Shown here piece after piece: positions 38,206-51,449 of a DNA stretch of 64,000 bases (position 1 is its first letter; every line of letters begins with the position of its first letter). The notes below the pieces were generated by a model. It saw only the letters and a program-made list of their open reading frames with translations, was not told the origin of the DNA and searched no databases. Source of the DNA: Azolla caroliniana. Taxonomy: Eukaryota; Plantae; Polypodiophyta. The position numbers and the translations under genes are program-made. The stretch lies in the NCBI GenBank assembly GCA_043228905.1, contig JBHGNT010000005.1, positions 14,012,001-14,076,000 on the forward strand. Direction: 5' to 3'.

Positions 38206-39924
38206 TGTTCACAGTCGCAACCACCAGGTACAGACTATCGGCAATTCAAATACCATGATGGATTACTCTTCTTTAAAGAACTTTTGTATGTTCCTAATGG
38301 TTCTTGCCGCCTTCAAGTAGTACAAAACTGTCATGACACATATACAGCTGGGCATTTTGGTAGTACTAAAACACTACATTTAGTACAACGATCATTCTGG
38401 TGGCCCTGTATGCGACAATTTGTCGAGGATTTTGTTCGGACTTGTGATACATGCTGCAGAGCGAAAATGCCAAGGCATCATCTATATGGTTTATTAGAAC
38501 CATTACCAATTCCAAGCAAGCCATGGCAATCCATTACTCTAGACTTAATCACAGATCTTCCAGTCTCTAAGGGGTTCAATGCGATTCTAACAGTGGTCGA
38601 TCAATATACGAAGATGGCTCATTTCTTGCCATGTACTAAGGAGATCTCCAGTGAAGACACTGCCGAAATTGTCATGCGTGAAGTATGTCGGCATCATGGA
38701 CTTCCCGATAGTATCATCAGCGACCGTGGACCCTAGTTCGTGTCAAAATTCTGGAAGCAGCTTTTTAACATGCTCAAGGTCACTTGTAACCTCTCCTCCG
38801 GCTACCACCCACAAACCAACGGCCAAGCCGAACGAACCAATCAAACGCTGGAGTAGTATCTGCGGTGCTTTCTCAACTATCATCAGGATGACTGGGCAGA
38901 TATTCTCCACTTCGCCGAATTTGCCTATAACAATTCTATCCACGCATCCACGAAAGTTACGCCATTTTATGCTTATACGGGATGTCACCCCCGGTGGTGT
39001 GTACTTGAAACCCCAGAGGTGTCCACAAATCCTTGCGCAGAGGATCGTTTGGAGAGGTTACGCAAGATACAAGCGGATTTATCTACTCATCTCCAACAAG
39101 CTCAACAAACACACAAGGTTTATGCGGATCATCATCGACTCCCATCTAGTTTTAACATTGGAGATCGGGTATGGCTACTTCGACGACACATCAAGACTAC
39201 TCGCCCATGTGAGAAGTTGGATTATCGGCGATTAGGTCCTTTCCGTATTATCAGAAAGATTAATGATGTTGCTTTTCGTCTTGATCTACCTCCACAACTT
39301 CGGATACATCCGGTGTTTCATAGTTCTGTCCTCGAACCCTATCATGAAAGCACCATCCCAGGACGTATTACACAGCCTCCACCCCCGATCGAGCTTGAAG
39401 ATGGACCTGAGTACGAGGTTGCCGCCATCCTTGATTCCAAGCTTTTTCGCAACAAGTTCTGCTATCTAGTCGACTGGCTAGGATATAGTCCCAGCGAGCG
39501 TACTTGGGAACCGATAGAGAATGTCACCAATGCTCATGCTCTTCTTGAAGACTTCCATCGTCAATATCCAAACAAACCGGGTCCTCAATCCAAAACGACT
39601 CGTTACACTCGTCGTTTTAAAGGGGGGATAGTGTCATGATATGGCAAGACTCGAACCCATGACCTTATACTACATGGGTCGAGCTCTTGACCATTAGACT
39701 ATACATTGTAATACATAGAATATTATTTTCATTTATGTTTTATTATAGAAAATTGATGTATATTCCAGATTTCTCTGGAACATTCTAGAAACTTCAGGAG
39801 TATTCCTTAGAACACTATAAAAGGAGGCACAAGGCATTATTTCGAACCAAATCGGTTCAACGCAAGTCTTAAGCCTCCTAGCTACTGTACATTTTCTTCA
39901 CATAATATATATCTTTTCTTATCA

Positions 39925-39961
<37 letters not shown>

Positions 39962-40488
39962 CTCTCTCTCCCTCCCTCTCACTCACTCTTTCCTCCAACG
40001 GCTTTTCACTCACGCAAGTTTGATGCCGCCGAAATCAACTACGAAATGCATGATAAGGAGCTATTGGCAATAGTGGATTCTTTTATGCAATGGAGGCATT
40101 TTTTGGATGGATCCTCTCATCTGGTCACCGTATTTAGTGACCACAAGAACCTTGCCTACTTTCAGGATGCTCGTGTGTTGAATCGACGTCAAGCTCGGTG
40201 GGCCCACTTCCTCACGCGTTTCGACTTCAAAATTACATATCGTCCGGGGAAGCACCAATGGAAGGCAGATGCATTATCACGACGTTCGTATCTAGCACCC
40301 CGTCCCGGCGAGCCAGCTTTCGATAACCAAAAACAAGTCATCTTGGGACCGGCACGACTACAAGCAACAAAGATCTTTGACATGCCCATGGATTCCCGCG
40401 TTATCGATACCATACACGAAGACTTGAAGATAGATGTGTTCGACCAAGCTATACTAGCACAAATTGATCCCTCTCGAGCGTTGTGTTC

Positions 40489-43400
40489 TGTTAAGGTTTG
40501 ACGCTTTCAAAACCTTCACCTCTCGGCCACAACCGAGGAAACAAGAATCAATGCAGCAGAAAATCGAAAACACAGAGAGAGACTCGAATGCACAGGATTT
40601 ATCGTGGAAAACCCTAGACGGGAAAAACCACGGGACTGCAAGACTCCAACTATCACTATACGCAGGGAATGTACAATGGCGAGCTGTAAGGCGACGACCT
40701 TGAGCTCGCTGTCCTCGCCACAGGCGGCGGTATTACACAGAGGCGTCGACCTCTTCCTTTCTCTCTCTCTCTCGGCTGCTCTCACTTCGCTCCCTCTAAG
40801 TGGAAAACAGAAAAATGAGCAACAACAACCAAAACTGTTTGCCCTAAGTCATATTTATACACATATGACTTTCGGGCTATTTACAAGTATAGCCTCGAGG
40901 GCCCTTGGCAAACATATTCACAAATATGTCCCCGCATCCGGATCTCTCTCCGGGTACATTCATCATCCGGCTCCGTAGCCGGGGTCTTCATCATCCGGAT
41001 CCGGAACCGGGGTCTTCATCATCCGGATCCGGAACCGGGTCTTCATCATCCGGCTCCGATACCGGGTACTCCTCATTCGGGTCTTCATTCCCGATTCCCA
41101 GACATCCGACCATCCCATCCGGAGGGACCGTAATCCCAACAAACTCCCCCTTCACTTCGGCATGGGATGTCTTTCCAGTCCGACCCTCTTCCGGCACGCT
41201 TCCAGCTTGTCGGGTGTGAGCACTTTGGTCAGCATATCTGACCCGTTCTCGTCTGTGTGGATCTTCGTCAGCACGAACTCCTGGTCTTCTATCCTTTCCC
41301 GGATCCAGTGATATCTTCGCTGGATGTGCTTCGTCCGGGAGTGATAGGCCACGTTCTTCGCAAGGTGGATGGCACTCTGACTGTCGCAGTAGAGTCGGTA
41401 CTCCTCCTGCCGGATACCGAGCTCTTTAATGAAGTCCTTCATCCATATTATTTCCTTGCCGGCTTCAACAGCCGCCATGTACTCCGCCTCCGTGGTTGAC
41501 AACGCAACCGTTTTCTGCAGCCTCGACTGCCACGAAACAGCTCCCCCTGCATATGTCATCACATACCCTGATGTGGACCGGCTGGTATCTGCATCAGCCG
41601 ACATATCCGAATCGGTAAAGCCGTCGAGTTCGGGCTTACCGGAGCCGAATCGGAGGCACACGTTTGCCGTGCCCTTCAGGTATCGGAGTATCCACTTGGC
41701 CGCGTTCCAGTGCTCTTTGCCGGGATTGCTCATGTACCGGCTCACCACTCCGACTGCATATCCTATGTCCGGTCTTGTACACACCATTGCGTACATCAAG
41801 ATTCCGACGGCAGAGGCATATGGTACTTTCATCATGTCCTCCTTCTCAGCCTTTGTCTTGGGGCTTTGCTTGCTGGACAACTTGCAGTTTGCCGGGAGGG
41901 TTGACCCGACCGGTCTTGCTTCCGACATGTTGAGCCGGTGAAGCACCTTTGTCACGTACTTCTCCTGTGACAGCCACAACTGCTTCTTCTTCCGGTCCCG
42001 GATGATGTGCATCCCTAGTATTTGCCTCGCCGGACCCAGGTCCTTCATTGAGAAGGTTCGGTGAAGCGCTTTCTTCAGCATCCGTATCTTGACCTGGTCC
42101 CGTTCGACGATCAACATGTCGTCCACGTACAGGAGGAGTATTAGAAAGTCTCCTCCTTCGAACTTCTTCACAAACACGCAGTGATCGGACTGCGTTTTGC
42201 GGTACCCTTCGTCGGTCATGAAAGAGTCGAACTTCCGGTACCATTGCCGGGGAGCCTGCTTCAGTCCGTAAAGGCTCTTCTTCAACCGGCATACCAGGTG
42301 CTCCTTCCCTTTCTTCTCGAATCCTTCCGGTTGCTGCATGTAGATCTCTTCTTCGAGGTCACCGTGAAGGAATGCCGTCTTCACGTCCATCTGTTCTACC
42401 TCGAGGTCCATGCTTGCCGCTATGCTCAGCACCGTCCGGATGGAGGTCATCTTCACTACCGGGGCAAATATCTCGTCGAAGTCGACGCCCTTCTTCTGCT
42501 GAAACCCCTTCACCACGATCCTGGCTTTGTATCTCGGGGGGTTTCCGGCATCTCCCGGTTTCAGCTTGAACACCCACTTGTTTCGAAGTGCCCGCTTTCC
42601 TTTCGGCAACTCCACAAGTTCATATGTGTGGTTCTCATGCAGGGAATCCATCTCCTCCTGCATGGCACTTAACCACCTGCGGCTATGGGTGTCAAGCTTT
42701 GCTTCTTCAAAACTCTCCGGCTCCCCTTCGTCGGTTAGCAGCACGTGCTCTGGTTCCGGAAATCTCCGGGGGGCCCTTCTCTCTCTTAGAGGATATCTCC
42801 GTTCCGGAGCTTCGGTAACCGGCTCCTCCGTTTCCTCTTCATCCGAATCCATTCCGGGATCGAGGCCGGTTCCGGTATCAGTTTCATCTTCCTCGGCCGG
42901 TTCTGTTTCTTCACCGTCTTCGGCCGGATCCTCGAGTGCTAACCGGTCCCTTGCCAGTCGGGACTGCTCTTCGTAGAGTTGATCCTCACCGGTCGACTTG
43001 GAGCTCTTCATCTTCTTCTCCGACTCCCAGTCGGCGAGTGTCTTGTCCTCCATGAAGATGATATCGCGACTCCGGAATATCTTTTTGTCGACCGGATCCC
43101 ATACTCGGTAGCCAAACTCGTCATCGCCGTAACCGAGGAATATGCATGGCCGGGTCTTTGGATCTAGCTTTCCTCTCCGGTCCTTTGCCACATGCACATA
43201 TACGAGACACCCGAACACCTTCAGATGCCAGTAGGATGCTTCCCTACCGGTCCACACTTTCTGCGGCGTGTCTCCATCCAAAGGTACTGAGGGTGATCTG
43301 TTTATCACGTATGTCGCCGTCGACATTGCCTCAGCCCAAAACCCCTTGGGTAATTTCGCATGCGCCAGCATACTCCGGACCCTCTCCATTATGGTCCGGT

Positions 43401-45803
43401 TCATCCTCTCGGCCAGCCCGTTCAGTTCCGGCGTCTTCGGCACAGTAAACTCGAGCCGGATTCCCTTCGAGCGACAGTACTCCGCGAACTGCCCCCGGTA
43501 TTCCCCTCCGTTATCCGCTCGTATCGCTTTCAGCTTCTTGCCGGATTCCCTTTCCACTCTCGCGTGGAGTTCTTTGAAGACGCACAACACTTGGTCCTTT
43601 GTCTTCAACGGTGCCATCCACAGCTTCCGGCTGTGGTCATCAATGAATGTCACGAAGTACTAGGCTCCGCCATGTGACTTCGTTTCTACTTGACACACGT
43701 CAGTGTGCACCAACTCCAATGGTGCGCTACGTCTCGTCGGTGGCCTTGAGTGGAAGGAGGTTCGGTTCTGCTTACCGGCCAGGCAATCGGTGCACTTCTC
43801 CAGGTGCACATGCTTCACTGGAATAAGGTTGTCTTCTGCAAGCCTCTTCATCCCCTTCTCACTCATGTGGCACAGTCTCTTGTGCCACAGCTCACCGGCA
43901 GTGTCGGCTGCCACGTTCAACTCCTCCGGACACAACCAGGCATTCATAAGGTATAGTGTGTTGACTTTCCGGGCCCGTGCCACTATCAGGCTCCCCTTGC
44001 TGAACTTCATTACGTCGTTCCGGATGCTACCTCCCGGCCGAAATCAGGTTCAATCGAACCTCCGGAACGTGTCGGACATCCTTCAGCAACATTTTGCATC
44101 CGGTCGAGGTTGTCAACCACACGTCTCCTATGCCGGCAATCCGGCACGTACCTTCATTTCCCATCCGAACACAGCCATGCTCACCGGCTGTGTAGGATGA
44201 GAAGTATCTTCTTTCCGGGGTCAGGTGGAACGACGCTCCGGAATCGACCACCCAGGTAGTCTCATCGCCGGCAATGTTTAGTTCACCTTCTTCGGTGATG
44301 AGCATGATCTCCTCTTCACTTGCCGCGAGTGCCGTCGTTCCTTTCCGGTCCTGCCCTCGCCGATCCGAACCATTCCGGTCCGTGGCTCCCCGGTAAGCAC
44401 CGTTCCGTTCCGAAGACTTCTTCGAATCGGTGTCGTCGGCTCCGTTGTCTTTTCGGTAATGCCGACAATTCTTTCGGAAATGCCCCGGCTTCCCACAGTG
44501 GAAGCATGTGGGCCTTCCTCTTGACCGCGACCGGGTCCCCGACTTCTCCCGTCTTTGCGGACTCCGGTTCCGTTGTCTTCCCCGATCCGATTCGGTAAGC
44601 AGCATCTTCGGATCGGAGGCCGGTTCTTTATCTCTCCGACTCGCTTCTTCGTTCAAAATGCTTGTCTTTACCGTTTGTAGGGACAAGTTATCTTCTGTGC
44701 AGGAGGTGCTGAGAGTCACCACCAAGTTCTCCCAGCTTTCCGGCAATGTACACATCAGCATGATGGCTTGCATTGCATCCTCCAACGGGAACTTGATCGC
44801 CGCAAGCTGGTTCACGAATCCCATGAACGTGCTTACGTGTTCCACCATACTCTCGCCGTCCCGGTACTTGAGGTTCACTATCTTCCTCATCAGGGAGGTC
44901 CGGTTCAACGCATTTTTCCTCTCGTAGAGGCCCGACAGCTTCTGCCACATCTCATATGCGTTGGTGTCGTTCGCCACATGTTGTAGAACGCTCACGTCGA
45001 CGTATTGCCGAATGGTTGCAACGGCTTTCCGGTTCAGAAGCCTCCATTCCGTCTCAAGTACCCCCTTGGGTATTTCCGACCTGTCGATCGGTTCATACAG
45101 GTCCCGAACAATGAGCAGATCCTCCATCTTTATCTTCCAGTCGGCGTAGTTCTGCGCATTCATCACCATCATCCCCGGCTGCCCGCTGCTGCCGCCCTCC
45201 ATTTTCTGCACTGCAGTCGCTCTGATACCAGATTGTTAGGGTTTGACGCTTTCAAAACCTTCACCTCTCGGCCACAACCGAGGAAACAAGAATCAATGCA
45301 GCAGAAAATCGAAAACACAGAGAGAGACTCGAATGCACAGGATTTATCGTGGAAAACCCTAGACGGGAAAAACCACGGGACTGCAAGACTCCAACTATCA
45401 CTATACACAGGGAATGTACAATGGCGAGCTGTAAGGCGACGACCTTGAGCTCGCTGTCCTTGCCACAGGCGGCGGTATTACACAGAGGCGTCGACCTCTT
45501 CCTTTCTCTCTCTCTCTCGGCTGCTCTCACTTCGCTCCCTCTAAGTGGAAAACAGAAAAATGAGCAACAACAACCAAAACTGTTTGCCCTAAGTCATATT
45601 TATACACATATGACTTTCGGGCTATTTACAAGTATAGCCTCGAGGGCCCTTGGCAAACATATTCACAAATATGTCCCCGCATCCGGATCTCTCTCCGGGT
45701 ACATTCATCATCCGGCTCCGATACCGGGTACTCCTCATTCGGGTCTTCATTCCCGATTCCCGGACATCCGACCATCCCATCCGGAGGGACCGTAATCCCA
45801 ACA
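40489..45803 (-). mobile_element. Tork/Tnt1-like copia, copy 2 (duplicate of the same insertion)
   Basis: LTRs 40489-41141 and 45234-45803, same TSD TGTTC and same lesions. Confidence 0.96.
41152..45211 (-). pseudogene. gag-pol: Copia gag-pol, duplicate
   Basis: Nearly identical translation to 33499-37558. Confidence 0.95.
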
Positions 45804-47229
45804 TGTTCACAGTCGCAACCACCAGGTACAGACTATCGGCAATTCAAATACCATGATGGTTCTTTAAAGAACTTTGTATGTTCCTAATGGTTCTTGCCGC
45901 CTTCAAGTAGTACAAAACTGTCATGACACATATACAGCTGGGCATTTTGGTAGTACTAAAACACTACATTTAGTACAACGATCATTCTGGTGGCCCTGTA
46001 TGCGACAATTTGTCGATGATTTTGTTCGGACTTGTGATACATGCTGCAGAGCGAAAATGCCAAGGCATCATCTATATGGTTTATTAGAACCATTACCAAT
46101 TCCAAGCAAGCCATGGCAATCCATTACTCTAGACTTAATCACAGATCTTCCAGTCTCTAAGGGGTTCAATGCGATTCTAACAGTGGTCGATCAATATACG
46201 AAGATGGCTCATTTCTTGCCATGTACTAAGGAGATCTCCAGTGAAGACACTGCCGAAATTGTCATGCGTGAAGTATGTCGGCATCATGGACTTCCCGATA
46301 GTATCATCAGCGACCGTGGACCCTAGTTCGTGTCAAAATTCTGGAAGCAGCTTTTTAACATGCTCAAGGTCACTTGTAACCTCTCCTCCGGCTACCACCC
46401 ACAAACCAACGGCCAAGCCGAACGAACCAATCAAACGCTGGAGTAGTATCTGCGGTGCTTTCTCAACTATCATCAGGATGACTGGGCAGATATTCTCCAC
46501 TTCGCCGAATTTGCCTATAACAATTCTATCCACGCATCCACGAAAGTTACGCCATTTTATGCTTATACGGGATGTCACCCCCGGTGGTGTGTACTTGAAA
46601 CCCCAGAGGTGTCCACAAATCCTTGCGCAGAGGATCGTTTGGAGAGGTTACGCAAGATACAAGCGGATTTATCTACTCATCTCCAACAAGCTCAACAAAC
46701 ACACAAGGTTTATGCGGATCATCATCGACTCCCATCTAGTTTTAACATTGGAGATCGGGTATGGCTACTTCGACGACACATCAAGACTACTCGCCCATGT
46801 GAGAAGTTGGATTATCGGCGATTAGGTCCTTTCCGTATTATCAGAAAGATTAATGATGTTGCTTTTCGTCTTGATCTACCTCCACAACTTCGGATACATC
46901 CGGTGTTTCATAGTTCTGTCCTCGAACCCTATCATGAAAGCACCATCCCAGGACGTATTACACAGCCTCCACCCCCGATCGAGCTTGAAGATGGACCTGA
47001 GTACGAGGTTGCCGCCATCCTTGATTCCAAGCTTTTTCGCAACAAGTTCTGCTATCTAGTCGACTGGCTAGGATATAGTCCCAGCGAGCGTACTTGGGAA
47101 CCGATAGAGAATGTCACCAATGCTCATGCTCTTCTTGAAGACTTCCATCGTCAATATCCAAACAAACCGGGTCCTCAATCCAAAACGACTCGTTACACTC
47201 GTCGTTTTAAAGGGGGGATAGTGTCATGA
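45804..47229 (+). pseudogene. pol: Duplicated chromovirus integrase-chromodomain
   Basis: Copy of 38206-39639. Confidence 0.93.
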
Positions 47230-47514
47230 TATGGCAAGACTCGAACCCATGACCTTATACTACATGGGTCGAGCTCTTGACCATTAGACTATACATTGTA
47301 ATACATAGAATATTATTTTCATTTATGTTTTATTATAGAAAATTGATGTATATTCCAGATTTCTCTGGAACATTCTAGAAACTTCAGGAGTATTCCTTAG
47401 AACACTATAAAAGGAGGCACAAGGCATTATTTCGAACCAAATCGGTTCAACGCAAGTCTTAAGCCTCCTAGCTACTGTACATTTTCTTCACATAATATAT
47501 ATCTTTTCTTATCA

Positions 47515-47553
<39 letters not shown>

Positions 47554-47669
47554 CTCTCTCTCCCTCCCTCTCACTCACTCTTTCCTTCTCTCGAGAGTTC
47601 TTCACCTCTCTTAGTACTAATACTTCGTTTAGTACTAATTCCTTCTCTGTCTTAGTACTGTACTTGACA

Positions 47670-49859
47670 CTTAAAATGGAAGAGCACATTGAAAATGTTA
47701 TGGAAGAAATTTCTTTTGCAAATACTATAGAAGAGTTAGAAATGTATTTGAAAGAAGATGATGAGAGTGTTAGAAAGATACATGTAAACTCAATTGATAT
47801 GTATTATGAGATTGGTAGGTATAATTGTAAAAATGAAGAAGTAGAAAGTTTATGTAATACAAAATACAAAACAATAGACAAAAAGGTCAAACCTACTACA
47901 GTACCATTACCCATTGGTAGCAAAGAGAAGATGGAGACAGCAACAACCGAGCCTATGCTTCGACCAATAGAGAAGATCGAACATCACTTCACTTCGGAGA
48001 CAATAAATAACTTGAGAATCGGAGGGGGTGAATTTCTTCTGCAATCAGAAATCACGACTTTCAAAGAAATGATCTTTAGTCATGGGAAAGCATTTGCATT
48101 CAAAGCTGAGGAGATTGGTTATGTAGATCCAAAGGTGGTGACGCCAATGGTAATATTTACTATCCCTCATATTCCTTGGAATTTTAAACCTATTGCAATA
48201 CTGAGACCTCGATTACCTCAATTGTTGGAGCTGTTGAAGGATAAACTCAAGAAGAAGATTTTAGAGCCTTCAAATGCACCATACTCCAATAGATGGTTCA
48301 TAGTTCCAAAGAAAGATGGTTCTCTAAGATTCATTCAAGATCTACAACCAGTCAACAAACTCACAATCTGAAATGCAGGAATCGGGCCGATCGTTGATGA
48401 ATTTGCAAAAGCTTTTGCTGGGAGAGGGATTTACTCTGTGGGAGACCTATATTCAAGATACGACCAATTTCAACTAGCAATTGATAGTCGCAATATCACA
48501 ACAATGAAAACACCAATTGGGTTGGGTCAAATGTGCACTCTACCTCAAGGTGCGACGAATTCAATTGCTCATATGATGAATGCAATGAACAAAGTTCTAC
48601 ATTAATGCATCCCAAAGGTAACTATGCCATTTTTAGATGGTATTCCTATTAAAGGATGCTTAGAAAGAGAGAAAGATGAGATTATGGTTGGAAATGGTTG
48701 CAAAAAGTTTGTGGTGGATCACATTAATGATTGTGAAAGTATTTTAAATAAGCTTGAGCAAGTACATTTGACACTATCAGGAACAAAGTCAAGCTTTGGG
48801 TAGAACGAAGTTCTGATAGTTGGTCATATGTGTGGCTAGTATGGGAGGAAACCATCACCGATCAAAATTAACGCAATACAAAATATGAAAGAGTTTTGCA
48901 AATCAGTAACAGAGGTGAGAAGATTTATAGGTGCATGTGTGTTTTATCATATTTGGTTACCACACTTTGCACATGTATCAGATCCTCTCTACCAACTTTT
49001 AAGAAAAGGGAGGAAGTTTATTTGGACTGATGAACATACACAAGTTGTTCAACAATTGAAAGAAGCATTATTGAAAGCACCAGTTCTTCGTCAACCAGAC
49101 TACAACGGTGAAAGACCAATTATAGTGACAGTTGATATCAGCCCAATTGGAATTGGTTGGGTTATCAACCAAGAAGATGAAGACCAACATCGATATGCTA
49201 TCAGATTTGGAGCAAAGATATTAAATGAAGGAAAAAGAAATTATGCACAAATTAAACAAGAATTGTGGGGTTTGCTTACTGCATTAAAAACATATAGAGA
49301 TTAGTTTATCAAAGCAGATGTAGTGGTTGAAACAGATTGTCTGACACTCATCGGAATGATAGCAAGTTGCACGACACCAGATATTGCAATGCTTCGGTGG
49401 ATTGCATACATCAGAACCATGAACCCAAAATTACATCATATAAAGGGCAAAGAGAACCCAGTCGCAGATATGCTGTCAAGAGCAAGGTTCATAAATGAAA
49501 GGGTGATGCAAGCTGAAGATAAGAATTGGGCAACTACAAGCCATCAAGTTGCTCATCAAGTATCTATTAAGCCTCATGATGAGTTTAATGTAAGCATAAT
49601 GTTCAAAGACACGGAGTATGAAGGTCAATGGTTAGAAATAGGAAATTTTCTAAAGACTCAAGAAGCCAACCCATCATGGTCGAAGAAATAATTAAATGAA
49701 TTTCAAAGATGGGCATTCAAGTTTTTTTTACATGAAGGGCATTTATGGAGGCATCCAAAAAGGTCAACCGAAAATCCTCTTCGAGTCATTTGTAAGGATG
49801 ACATTAAGAGAAAATTAATTATTGAATTCCAGGATAGTTTGTGGGCAGGACATAGAGGC
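47670..49859 (+). pseudogene. pol: RT-RH-INT start of Phygy-like element A
   Basis: NTKYKTIDKKVKP, HGKAFAF, LRFIQDLQPVN, VDISPIGIG, ETDC; homologous to 27485-29750; many stops. Confidence 0.9.
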
Positions 49860-51285
49860 TGTTAAGAATTAGGTAAGTAATTAAGCAAGGGTTAATTAGT
49901 ACCTAATTATGTGATAAGCGGAAGATTAAGTGATATGTGTGTGTATGTGTGTGAGAGGAAGAGAGAGAGAGATATACACATGAACAACACAAGATGGGGG
50001 ATGAGTAAGTATATTAAATTAGCATTAGCATCATCAAAATACAAAAATACCCACAATGAGGTATATATACATCTCATGTGCAAAGGTGCACATGTGTGAG
50101 TAGAATATAGGTACTAATGTGTAAGTCCTATATTAAATGTACTTGGGAGTGGAGGATCTACAATATCCCACTTAAGTACAAGGTCCTATTTAAGGCGTTA
50201 TAGTCACCACTTCTAACTAGATTCTATCTAGGTAACGAAGTTACATGGTTGACTAACTAACTAAACTAAGTTGAGCTTGATCTCTCAACATGCCCCCTCA
50301 AGCTCAAATGTGAGGCGTTGTTTTCAGCGTTGTCCGGCTTTCGATGTCGACTTCTGTGCGGCTTCCGTCCGGCCTTCGGCTTTCTTCGCCGTGACAATCT
50401 CGGGTCCTCCCCCTCAAGCTGGTGACGAAGGCTTGTAGTGTGTGGGTGAAGGCCGACTACTTCCACCCATCGTGGGTGACGAGCCACTTCGGTGGAGCTC
50501 TTGGGCTCTTGTTCGGCCGTCACCTTCATCACGAAGGTGTAATGATGGGCCATATACTCATTGTAGCCGAGCCGAGTGACATGATTCTTCTCTCTAGAAG
50601 AGCGTTGAAGTTTTTCGCTCGCCGATGTGAGCGCCTTCTTTACTCTGGGTGTACGCATGATGGGTACACCGAACTCACTGTCTAGTGAGGGAGCCGACAC
50701 ATCTGAATCATTGTCGTCGGGGTGATCGACCTCGTATTCGGGCATCTTACCTTTGCCTTTGTCCAAGTTCGTACTTGGCCGTGACGTGCTTGGGTCGCGT
50801 GGGAGCTCTTGTGGTCCACTAAGCTTTGTTGTAATCGGACTTTCTTCAAACATGTGTTCGAAGCAATCTCCATCTTCTACCTCTTGTTCGGCGGATTCCG
50901 AGTCAAGCGGAGTCGGAGTCGAAGTTGTCTCTGGTGCGTACCACGATGTGGACTCGTCGAAGACTACGTCTTGACTTACCCGAACCACTCGGGTAGAAGG
51001 GTTGTAGCATTTGTACGCCTTCTTCTCGGATGAGTATCCTATGAGGATACATTCCTCTGACTTCGCGTCGGGCTTCTATCGTTGTTCGTTCGGGATGCAT
51101 ACATTCGCAATGCTTCCGAACACCTTGAGGTGCGACAGGATCGGCTTCCTTTCGACGAGGAGCTCGTATGGAGTTAGCTCATGGACTCCATTGGTGGTGC
51201 ACCGGTTCATGAGATAGACAGTCGTGGATGCCGCTTCGTCCCAATAGAAATTTGGCATGTGCTTCTCACGCATCATGGCCTCGTG
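49860..51285 (-). mobile_element. 3' remnant of a copia (3' LTR 49860-50290, RT/RH deleted, INT C-part)
   Basis: rc PPT TTGAGGGGGCA then TGTTGAGAGATCAAGCTCAAC; [34 protein letters not shown]. Confidence 0.88.
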
Positions 51286-51449
51286 GAGCCTCGTGGTTTT
51301 TCCCTTTCGGGTTTCCACGTAAAATATCGGTGTCTCGTTTCTGAGTTATTTGTTCTTTGTTCTTTTCTGTCTGAGCATTATCTTGCCCGTTTTCTTTGCA
51401 CCCGAATATTTTAGAGTAGAACCGGTTGGGGCCGGTCTCGATCCTAACA
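51286..51449 (+). repeat. LTR fragment (probably R/U5 of a Tork-like copia)
   Basis: GTGGTTTTTCCC..GGGTTTCCACG motif as in the Tork-like LTRs; ends CTAACA. Confidence 0.5.

Larger units (their letters stand above)
23752..39639 (+). pseudogene. pol: Chromovirus pol in pieces 23752-24338, 31547-32835, 38206-39639
   Basis: [29 protein letters not shown] motif, chromodomain YEVAAILD..YLVDWLGY..TWEP; stops and an about 290-bp deletion at 32372. Confidence 0.93.
32373..47584 (+). repeat. Near-identical tandem duplication, period 7653 bp (32373-39994 vs about 40026-47584)
   Basis: Identical ORFs offset by 7653 (33499/41152, 32393/40046), then 7590 (38284/45874); same TSD and same stops in both copies. 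Confidence 0.97.
22102..47669 (+). mobile_element. Chromovirus (Tf1/sushi/Tcn1-like Ty3/gypsy) element A with nested insertions and duplicated 3' part
   Basis: 5' LTR 22102-22533 (terminal TG missing); 3' LTRs 39632-39994 (truncated) and 47222-47669; PPT AAAGGGGGGATAG; colinear with 52481-58259. Confidence 0.95.
19201..49859 (+). mobile_element. Old tRNA-Trp-primed non-chromovirus Ty3/gypsy (Phygy-like) element A, rearranged, hosting a 25.5-kb nested insert
   Basis: LTR 19201-19950 (TGTCG...CGACA), Trp PBS, gag 20019-20849, inverted gag/PR piece, pol resumes at 47670; no 3' LTR seen. Confidence 0.8.

Noticed and set aside
40489-45803. Independent, site-specific second copia insertion
   Set aside because: Identical TSD, flanks and lesions show it is part of the segmental duplication
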